From: Candidatus Saccharimonadota bacterium | Lineage (GTDB): Bacteria; Patescibacteriota; Gracilibacteria; UBA1369; 2-02-FULL-48-14 | Length of the DNA stretch: 32,000 nucleotides | Direction of reading: 5' to 3' | Assembly (NCBI GenBank): GCA_041661045.1 | Contig: JBAZVE010000001.1 | Span: 720,001-752,000, forward strand | In this document: positions 25,323 to 32,000 of the stretch, piece after piece | Position numbering within the stretch: position 1 is the first letter of the stretch | How the letters are laid out: each line of letters starts with the position of its first letter | Made by a program: the position numbers and the translations under genes | Notes under the pieces: model-generated | The model's database searches: none | Seen by the model: the letters and a program-made list of their open reading frames with translations, nothing else | Told to the model about the DNA's origin: nothing

Positions 25323-27941
25323 ATGGCAAAAAGAAAACCCACTCTTCCCGGAGCACCCTACGAGCAAAGACAAGTTCCTGGAACAAACGCCGAATCCTGG
25401 CGAGCCCACTTGGCAAATGGAGAAAGTGCCGAATCTATACCTGAAGGCGAAGTCACTGCCTTCACGCATGCTCACGGTTTGCAGGTGCTAAGACTCCTTT
25501 CGGAATATTACGCCGTGGGTGATGAAACGCTTGCCGGTACAGATTATAGAGTGCCCGCAAAACAAGGCTCGGATGCGCTTCTTGAGACACTTCGAGAGGA
25601 TGCGGAGCCCACAAGCTCCACGGAAAACCCGCTCACTCGCAAAGACGCTGTACGGCGTGAACTCATGGGACTCTTGGGTTTGCCCGGAGCGGATCAGGTA
25701 TTTTTTGAGGTCTTGGAAGCGGAAGGAAATCGTTTCAGAGCGGCACTCCCCATACTCAAACAAAAAGCCAAACTGGATGAACTCATACACTTGGCTCGAA
25801 ATAAACAAACAGCGCTCTATCAAAAAGATCGAGCAGATTACGGCACCCTTCAGGCCACTACCGAAGCCAATATCGGCGCACTGGAAGGTGGGGTAACACA
25901 AGCCAAAGAGGATTTCGCAACGAAGACAAGAAGCTTGCCCGAACAAAGCCGGGGTTGGCTCCTCACTCAGGAGCTTTTGGGCTACAAAAATCAAATGGAT
26001 ACAAACGGAGGCTTTGCCCTCACACCGAGTCGGCAGAAAATGATCGATCGTATGCTTCAGGCCATGCTACATGGAGAAAAGGTTCTTGCACTCGGTTCTA
26101 CGGGAACGGGTAAAACGGAACTCGCCATCGCGGTGGCCAAAATCGCTTCGGGTGGCAAAGAACCGATAGTCGTGGAAGTGCACGAAAATATGACGGTGGC
26201 AGACCTGATGGGCCGTTTGGGGATTAAAGCAGTGGGCACGGCTCAGATGGAAACGGAACTCGTCGAAGGCCCAATCCTGCAGGCAAAACGGGAACACCGA
26301 GTGCTTATTTTAGACGAAAAAACCACCGGCCCCAATCGTCTTTTTATGGGGATCAAGGCGACTTTAAACAAACTGGAAAGAGACAGAAGCTTTCCTGGAC
26401 TTATTGCCACGGGGAACATCAAAGATGAGCGCACCAGAGATCGTGAAGAAACGGATCCCGCGGTGCTCCGTATGTACAGAGCAGCGATTCAAGTGCCTTA
26501 CATGAGCGAGGAAGAACACTATAAAGTGGTGCTGGCTCAGCTCATGGATCCGACTGGCCTTTTGCCCTTCCCAAAAACCGAACTGCTTTTTTTAAGAAAG
26601 TTGACGAAAGCCGGTAGACTCATGCAGATGTGTCACGATCGGTCGGTTGGAGCACTCACAACAGACTTGCCCGAAGCAAATCGAAAAATGCTCGCGGACT
26701 GTTTTGGAGGCGAACTGGATCAGATCCACTTGGATAAAAACTTCTTGGACACGGGAACGCTCCTTTCTCTTTTTAAAGGCTGGTCCAATGAGCGAGCAAA
26801 AGGAAAGCCCTTCAAGGCCTACTTGAAAGACGAACTGGTCAACTTTTTAGACAGCGCCAAATTCAGCATGGATGAAGATGAACGCAAACTGGCACGGACG
26901 ATTATGGAACTCACGGGCGTGCTCAGTGGGGGTGAGCCGGATGGGCCGAAGGTGGTTTCAAACGAAAATCCCTACCTACTCCCATCCGAAGTGGGGGAAT
27001 TGTTTTCACTTGCTCCTTCAGATGATGATCCCCGTGGAAAGGGAAAATCTGGAGGTGAGGATGACACTCCCAAGCCTCCAGAAGACGACCCCATTCCCCC
27101 CGAACTCACCCGTGAAAACTTCGAATGGGTAGAGAACAAGCTACGGGTGGACTATTATTTTTCCAAAGAAGCCATTGAAAAACACTTCTTAAGAGAAGGA
27201 GACCGCCCCGTGCCCGCCAAGGCTGATATTATAGACGCCGTACGCGAAAAGCTTACCAATGCTCAGGTCAATCACCTGCGAGCCTTGGAAGTGGCCGGCC
27301 GTGAGATCCGTTTTTTTCTCACCCCTATGGTCTCCGGAGCTCGTTTCAAAGAAGTGCTGAGCAAACCAGAGTTAATGCCTTTCTTTCAGCACCAAGGTGG
27401 CCAAGTGGATCCTTTTATGCATAGCAACTATGAAGTAGCAATCAACGCCTGTCGTACACCAAACTCACGGCAAACGGAATCCATCACGGAATATGCCTGG
27501 ACATTGGGAGATTCTTCAGATGACTCCACGGCCAAAGCAGGTGATCCTGACGATTCTTACAATCAGGCCGATCACATGACACTGGGGTTTCGAAGCGATG
27601 CTTTCAACACTCACCATCAGGTTTGGAAAACTGGCCTTTCCAGTATGGACAGCGCGGAATACGCCATGCTCCAGGTTTTGAAGGCAATGGAAGGTAAGTA
27701 CTGTGACGATATCAATAGAGAGCTCACTAGTAGCGATGGAACCCTTGGCACCTACACGGTTTTACCGGCAAAGAATGATGGAATCACCGGCAAAGCTACT
27801 ATGCATAGGAACGGAAATACTGTGTGCCTGGGCTTTCTAGATTCAGGCAGTGGTCGTCAGAGGCTGGACTTGAGCGAAGAGCCTCTGAGCACTCGGGGTC
27901 GTAAGGCGCGTCTTCGTTCCCGGGTAATGCATAAAATTTAG
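25323..27941 (+). CDS. Oversized AAA+ ATPase (AAA_5/MoxR-like core at about aa 235-410) with unknown N- and C-terminal regions
   Basis: Walker A LGSTGTGKT (aa 257-265), Walker B RVLILDE (aa 326-332) and sensor-1-like IATGN. It starts 31 nt after the vWA gene and is preceded by AAAGGAA. aa 411-872 have no motif I recognise. Confidence 0.8.
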   Translation: MAKRKPTLPGAPYEQRQVPGTNAESWRAHLANGESAESIPEGEVTAFTHAHGLQVLRLLSEYYAVGDETLAGTDYRVPAKQGSDALLETLREDAEPTSSTENPLTRKDAVRRELMGLLGLPGADQVFFEVLEAEGNRFRAALPILKQKAKLDELIHLARNKQTALYQKDRADYGTLQATTEANIGALEGGVTQAKEDFATKTRSLPEQSRGWLLTQELLGYKNQMDTNGGFALTPSRQKMIDRMLQAMLHGEKVLALGSTGTGKTELAIAVAKIASGGKEPIVVEVHENMTVADLMGRLGIKAVGTAQMETELVEGPILQAKREHRVLILDEKTTGPNRLFMGIKATLNKLERDRSFPGLIATGNIKDERTRDREETDPAVLRMYRAAIQVPYMSEEEHYKVVLAQLMDPTGLLPFPKTELLFLRKLTKAGRLMQMCHDRSVGALTTDLPEANRKMLADCFGGELDQIHLDKNFLDTGTLLSLFKGWSNERAKGKPFKAYLKDELVNFLDSAKFSMDEDERKLARTIMELTGVLSGGEPDGPKVVSNENPYLLPSEVGELFSLAPSDDDPRGKGKSGGEDDTPKPPEDDPIPPELTRENFEWVENKLRVDYYFSKEAIEKHFLREGDRPVPAKADIIDAVREKLTNAQVNHLRALEVAGREIRFFLTPMVSGARFKEVLSKPELMPFFQHQGGQVDPFMHSNYEVAINACRTPNSRQTESITEYAWTLGDSSDDSTAKAGDPDDSYNQADHMTLGFRSDAFNTHHQVWKTGLSSMDSAEYAMLQVLKAMEGKYCDDINRELTSSDGTLGTYTVLPAKNDGITGKATMHRNGNTVCLGFLDSGSGRQRLDLSEEPLSTRGRKARLRSRVMHKI

Positions 27942-27964
27942 CCCACAAATCTTGGGAGGGGGGC

Positions 27965-28897
27965 TTACTGCAGTTTTGCCCGTTCTTTGGTGAGGAGGAG
28001 GAATTTTTGGCCTTTTTTGCCGAGAGGGTCCCATTCGGTTTTTTTGCGGGGATCCAGGGTGCGGATGGCTTCGTCCCAACGGTCTAAGGTGGCGTTGTCG
28101 GGGATGCGTTTGCCCGTGCTTTCCAAGTACCAGAGTTCCAAGACTGTGGTGCGGGTTGGATAGGGGAGTTTGGTGAAGGCGCTTCGGTGAAGGCCTTCTT
28201 TGGGGTCCAGATTTTCTTCCATAAATGTGAGGGCTTCTTTTTCGAGCATCACTTGAAGTTCATTCCAATAATGCTTCTGTTTTTGCCAACGGTCGGCCAG
28301 GCCAGGGTACACATGATTGAGCACGGGGATGATTTTGTGACGGAGGAAGTTGCGCATGTAGCGCTCGTCTTCGTTGGTGGGGTCGTTGCGGTAGGGGATT
28401 TGGTGAGCTTCGGCGTACGCGTTGATCTCGCTGCGGGAAGTGTAGAGGAGTGGACGGACCAATTTCCCGCGCACGGGAGCCATACCGGCCAAGCCTTTAA
28501 CACGGGTTCCACGGAGCACATGGAGGAGCATGGTTTCAAAATCGTCGTCTTGGTGGTGGGCGGTGAAAATGAAATCGGCGTGGTGTTTTTTAAACAGTTT
28601 TTCAAAAAATTCGTAGCGTTTTTCTCGGCCCCATTCTTCGATATTGCCGGTTTCGGGCGGGCGGGGTTTAAAAAATTCACAGGAAAGTTCCCATCGTTGC
28701 ATCATTCCTTTGGTGAAAGCAGCATCGTCTTCGGCGGAGGGTCTGAGACCGTGATTGACATGGGCGGGGATGACTTTAAGATCCGGGCGCTGGTGGATGA
28801 GTGCGTGCACCAAAGCCATCGAGTCTCGGCCCCCCGAAACGCCCACAATAACCGTGGATTCTTTGGGGACCGACTTTAAGTCGAGTTTGAGTTTCAT
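27965..28897 (-). CDS. tilS: tRNA(Ile)-lysidine synthase
   Basis: N-terminal PP-loop VGVSGGRDSMAL, then AHVNHGLR and HHQDD blocks typical of TilS. Confidence 0.9.
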   Translation of the reverse strand: MKLKLDLKSVPKESTVIVGVSGGRDSMALVHALIHQRPDLKVIPAHVNHGLRPSAEDDAAFTKGMMQRWELSCEFFKPRPPETGNIEEWGREKRYEFFEKLFKKHHADFIFTAHHQDDDFETMLLHVLRGTRVKGLAGMAPVRGKLVRPLLYTSRSEINAYAEAHQIPYRNDPTNEDERYMRNFLRHKIIPVLNHVYPGLADRWQKQKHYWNELQVMLEKEALTFMEENLDPKEGLHRSAFTKLPYPTRTTVLELWYLESTGKRIPDNATLDRWDEAIRTLDPRKKTEWDPLGKKGQKFLLLTKERAKLQ

Positions 28898-28911
28898 TAG
28901 ATGGGGTCGGC

Positions 28912-29220
28912 TCAGGTTGGATTTGTACTGAGACGAGCGGCGAGCACCATATTATCATCATTCGCCATTTTATTGCGAATAGTTACAGAACATTTTGTGC
29001 ATTCGTGCAAGAGAATCCACCCTTTTTTGCCCGACTGCGTCACGCCAATTGGCTTCATTAAGCCCTTGCAGTTTGAGGCGCGGTCGCCCGGGAATGCGGC
29101 ATCCACATGCAAGGAATAGAGGCACTCGGTGCAGTGGTTGCGGCAGCTGCCCCTTTGAGGAGCGACCGCGCTGCCACAGTTTCCGCATTGAAAACCTTCG
29201 TTGATAACAGTAAAATTCAT
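28912..29220 (-). CDS. RNHCP domain-containing protein (Cys-rich, 102 aa)
   Basis: CGNCG ... CRNHCTECLYSLHVD ... PGDRASNCKGLMKP ... CTKC matches the RNHCP-domain pattern. It lies directly upstream of tilS on the same strand. Confidence 0.8.
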   Translation of the reverse strand: MNFTVINEGFQCGNCGSAVAPQRGSCRNHCTECLYSLHVDAAFPGDRASNCKGLMKPIGVTQSGKKGWILLHECTKCSVTIRNKMANDDNMVLAARLSTNPT

Positions 29221-29249
29221 CCGATCTATATTACACGCCTCCGTTCAAA

Positions 29250-29756
29250 ATGGATACTCCTTACGAAGCCCCTCGGGGCCGACTTCTGTCAACGCTGGCT
29301 TTCTTCCTTTTTGTGCTCACCGCGCTCTTTGTTTTATTTTTGTTTTTTCAGCAATTGAGCCTTAAGGGAGCTGTCCGTGATTTGGACGCGCGAAAGGTGG
29401 AAGTGGAGGCTCAAATGGAAGAGCTCCGTGCGCAGGAGATTGAAGAACTTTTTGTTGCCGAACAACTACGGGATCGTCTGGAAGCAGACACCGTGCTTTG
29501 GTCCAAAGTGGTCCGTTCTCTTCAAGATTTGACGCCGGTGACTGTTTTTTTGACTTCTTATAGCTTGAGTGAACTGGGAGAGGTGCAGGTGAGTGGACTT
29601 GGAGATAGTTTTGGATCGGTGGCGGATGCGATTTTAAGTTTGGAAAAATCGCCCGATTTTTTACATGTTTTTGTACCGTCTGTGACTGCGGGAAAAACTT
29701 CCGATGGTCAGCCGGTGGTGTCTTTTACTCTTCAACTTGACCTCCTTCCTCAGTGA
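29250..29756 (+). CDS. PilN-like type IV pilus assembly protein
   Basis: A short cytoplasmic N-terminus, one TM helix (LSTLAFFLFVLTALFVLFLFF), a coiled coil and a small alpha/beta C-terminal domain. It sits directly upstream of the PilO-like gene and pilC. The architecture fits, but sequence motifs are weak. Confidence 0.6.
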   Translation: MDTPYEAPRGRLLSTLAFFLFVLTALFVLFLFFQQLSLKGAVRDLDARKVEVEAQMEELRAQEIEELFVAEQLRDRLEADTVLWSKVVRSLQDLTPVTVFLTSYSLSELGEVQVSGLGDSFGSVADAILSLEKSPDFLHVFVPSVTAGKTSDGQPVVSFTLQLDLLPQ

Positions 29757-30271
29757 AATCCAACTCTTTTTCTCAACTCGTTTCCATTGTTCTGCTCTTC
29801 CTTATTCTGGTGTGCAGTGTGGTTTTTGTTTTGCCCATGCGCAAAAAAGTGGAGGAACTTCGAGCCAGCCGGGATCTTAGGGTCACCGAGGTGGAAGCTT
29901 TGGAGGGTGACTACACCGAACTCAAGGCGCTTTCCGAGGAAGTGGTGAAGAGCGAGAGCACTCGAGAGGCTTTGAAGACCGCCGTTCCCGTGGGGTACGA
30001 CCAGGATGCTTTGCTTTTGGAACTTTCCGAACTTGCCAAGGACTTGGGCTTTGCCTTGAACGCGGTGAACTTTTCGGACTCGGTGAGCCAGGATTATGGA
30101 AAGACGATTGGAATTTCCGCAAACTTTACCGGGACTTATGAGGATTTGGTTGGATTTTTGCAAAAACTGGAGGGGGCGGATCGTTTGCTTCGAGTCACCA
30201 ACATGAGTGTTCAAAGAGTTTCTTCTGCGGACATTTCGTTTAGTGTGAATATTGAGGCCTATTACCAGTAA
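29753..30271 (+). CDS. PilO-like type IV pilus assembly protein
   Basis: The GTG start overlaps the upstream TGA (GTGA). There is a single TM helix, a coiled coil and a C-terminal LRVTNMSV...FSVNIEAYY block, as in PilO proteins. Confidence 0.6.
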   Translation: MKSNSFSQLVSIVLLFLILVCSVVFVLPMRKKVEELRASRDLRVTEVEALEGDYTELKALSEEVVKSESTREALKTAVPVGYDQDALLLELSELAKDLGFALNAVNFSDSVSQDYGKTIGISANFTGTYEDLVGFLQKLEGADRLLRVTNMSVQRVSSADISFSVNIEAYYQ

Positions 30272-30276
30272 GGATC

Positions 30277-31404
30277 ATGAAAGAAACCAGCGTCGTTTAC
30301 GGAGTTTATAGTAATATCGATCAGCCGATTTTGGTGCGAGTACAGGATTTTTTTATCGATCGTAAAAGGGTTGGGGTAAAAGAAAAATCTTATTTTTTCC
30401 ATTTGCTGGCGGTGATGATTGATGCGGGGATCCCCATCATGAAGGCGCTCAAAGTGCTTTCAAAAAAAACGGAAAATCCACGGTTTGCACGGATCCTCAA
30501 TACCTTGGCTTATGATGTGGAACGGGGAAAGCTAGTGAGCCAATCCATGCTCAAGTTCCCCGATGTGTTTAAGGATTCGGAAGTGGGCATTGTGCGCAGC
30601 GGTGAAAGCATTGGAAACTTGGCCTTGTTGCTTTTTAAGTTGGCGGAGCAGAGCGAACGCACACATGCTCTTACGCTCAAGGTGCGCGGTGCTTTGATTT
30701 ATCCCGCCACGGTTTTGATCGCTCTTTTGATTTCCGGCGCTATTGTGGTTTCTTTTGTGATTCCTCGTATTGAGGAATTTTTTACGCAGGCGAATTTTGA
30801 ACTGCCCTTTTTGACTCGGGTGGTTTTGACCGCGGGCTCTTTCTTCATTCAGTTTTCCTGGCTTTTTGTGATTTTGGTTTTCTTTTTGCTTCTTTTGGGA
30901 AGTTTTTTTGTGGGCACGGAGAATGGAAAGCGCAAAGTGGACACTTGGTCTTTGTCTTTTTATTTTGTGGGCGACACGGTGCGAAAACTCAATGTTTCCC
31001 GGTTCATTCAACTGTTGAGTTTGCTGGTGGAGGCGGGCGTTCCCATTCATGAAGCCATTCGTATTTCCAGCGGAGCGGTGAGCAATGTGCTCTATAAAGA
31101 TTTTTTGAATACGCTGAGGAGTGGCGTGGAACGGGGAGAAAAAATTGCAGACAATTTGGCCAAGGCTCCGTTCTTGTTTCCTGAGACGGTGGTGGCGATG
31201 GTTTCGGTGGGAGAGGGCAGTGGACAGCTTGGAAAAATTGCAGAAAAACTGGCCCGACATTATGAACAAGAAGTGGAGCATTCCTTAAATAATTTCACAA
31301 CCATTTTGGAACCTCTGGTGATTGTTTTGGTCGGGCTCAGTGTGGGAGTGATGGCCCTCGCTTTGCTCGGGCCCATCTTTTCGCTCTCAACCCTTGTCTC
31401 ATGA
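30277..31404 (+). CDS. pilC: Type IV pilus platform protein PilC (GspF/T2SSF family)
   Basis: 375 aa with two T2SSF-type repeats (GIPI..AL, SGE.SG.L...L, and a repeated TM pattern) and three TM helices. Confidence 0.9.
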   Translation: MKETSVVYGVYSNIDQPILVRVQDFFIDRKRVGVKEKSYFFHLLAVMIDAGIPIMKALKVLSKKTENPRFARILNTLAYDVERGKLVSQSMLKFPDVFKDSEVGIVRSGESIGNLALLLFKLAEQSERTHALTLKVRGALIYPATVLIALLISGAIVVSFVIPRIEEFFTQANFELPFLTRVVLTAGSFFIQFSWLFVILVFFLLLLGSFFVGTENGKRKVDTWSLSFYFVGDTVRKLNVSRFIQLLSLLVEAGVPIHEAIRISSGAVSNVLYKDFLNTLRSGVERGEKIADNLAKAPFLFPETVVAMVSVGEGSGQLGKIAEKLARHYEQEVEHSLNNFTTILEPLVIVLVGLSVGVMALALLGPIFSLSTLVS

Positions 31405-31985
31405 GTTTGTCCTCTCTTCAGCCAAAGCCCGCATTCACTCTTATTGAGCTTTTGGTGGTGATCACCATTATTGGGGTGCTTACGGGCGTTTTGATTCTGG
31501 ATTTTTCCGGCATTAAACAGCGGCAGGAGCTTTCCTTTATGGCGGACCAAAGCCTGGCCATGCTTCAACAAGCACGGGCGGAAGTTCAGGCGGGAAAGCT
31601 GCGGAGGGAAGATGGAATCTTTTTGTGTGAAGGCGTTTTTTTTAAACAGGGACAGGCCCCGGAATCGGCCGTGGCGGATTACAATGGAGAAGCAGGCGTT
31701 TGCGAGGGGGATTCTTTTGAACTTTTGCCCTATGGACTCAGCACCGGCACCGCTTTTATTGAGGAAATTACCGTGGGCGCCGCCGGGCAGGACGAATTGT
31801 GGGCCTTTTATAGCCCTCCCGAAGGAGAGGTGTTTTTATTTTCATCGGACGGGGAATTTTTGGAGGGAGATGCTACACTTGTTTTTGCTGCTGCAACCGA
31901 AATTCCACTTCAAGTGTTTCTGCAGATTTCCACTCAGACCGATTTAGCCTCTTTATCGCTTGGCAATGAAGAAAATGAAGAATAA
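31401..31985 (+). CDS. Prepilin-type N-terminal cleavage/methylation domain protein (pilin or pseudopilin, 194 aa)
   Basis: MSLSSLQPKPAFTLIELLVVITIIGVL is a class III signal peptide with Glu+5. The ATGA overlaps the pilC stop. Confidence 0.8.
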   Translation: MSLSSLQPKPAFTLIELLVVITIIGVLTGVLILDFSGIKQRQELSFMADQSLAMLQQARAEVQAGKLRREDGIFLCEGVFFKQGQAPESAVADYNGEAGVCEGDSFELLPYGLSTGTAFIEEITVGAAGQDELWAFYSPPEGEVFLFSSDGEFLEGDATLVFAAATEIPLQVFLQISTQTDLASLSLGNEENEE

Positions 31986-32000
31986 GTCCTCCGCATTCAC
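31966..32000 (+). CDS. Start of a second prepilin-like gene (cut by the window edge)
   Basis: ATG at 31966 reads MKKMKNKSSAFT..., the same x-A-F-T prepilin junction as the upstream gene. Only 11 codons are visible. Confidence 0.4.
   Translation, partial: MKKMKNKSSAF

Noticed and set aside
29221-29249. Overlapping divergent -10-like boxes (TATATT/TAATAT) in the 29-nt gap between the RNHCP and PilN-like genes
   Set aside because: No acceptable -35 element exists at 16-18 nt on either side. An AT-rich hexamer in a 29-nt spacer could easily occur by chance.
1-32000. Possibility of a recoded genetic code (UGA sense, as in some candidate phyla), or of CRISPR arrays, IS elements or rRNA/tRNA genes
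   Set aside because: All conserved genes read full-length with standard stops, including TGA (for example pta, the PilN-like gene and pilC). I saw no direct-repeat/spacer arrays, transposase motifs, terminal inverted repeats, or rRNA/tRNA signatures on either strand.

Overview
This is a gene-dense window (about 90% coding) read with the standard genetic code. It is dominated by housekeeping genes: phosphoketolase (5' partial), pta, gltX, ftsK, secA, a WbaP-like sugar-phosphate transferase, galU, hsp20, ftsH and tilS. It also holds a partial type IV pilus cluster (PilN-like, PilO-like, pilC and two prepilins). The tight packing, many 4-8 nt gene overlaps, a DUF222/HNH-like gene and the small pilus cluster suggest a reduced genome of an uncultivated, possibly CPR/Patescibacteria-like bacterium, but this is inference only. 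One RNA gene is invisible to the ORF track: a class-A RNase P RNA (rnpB) on the minus strand at about 17101-17484, with its own promoter and terminator. The best candidate for an undescribed system is the operon-like pair at 22787-27941. It encodes an 834-aa protein that fuses a transglutaminase-like cysteine-protease core to a C-terminal vWA/MIDAS domain, followed 31 nt later by an 872-aa MoxR/AAA_5-like ATPase whose roughly 235-aa N-terminal and 460-aa C-terminal regions I cannot assign. A second unexplained signal is a pair of sequence-related minus-strand intergenic cassettes (2292-2476 and 18054-18246). Each has a near-consensus promoter, a short ORF, mutually exclusive hairpins and a U-tract terminator. 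I found no rRNA, tRNA, CRISPR array or transposase. All family assignments come from motif recognition by eye and need profile searches to confirm.
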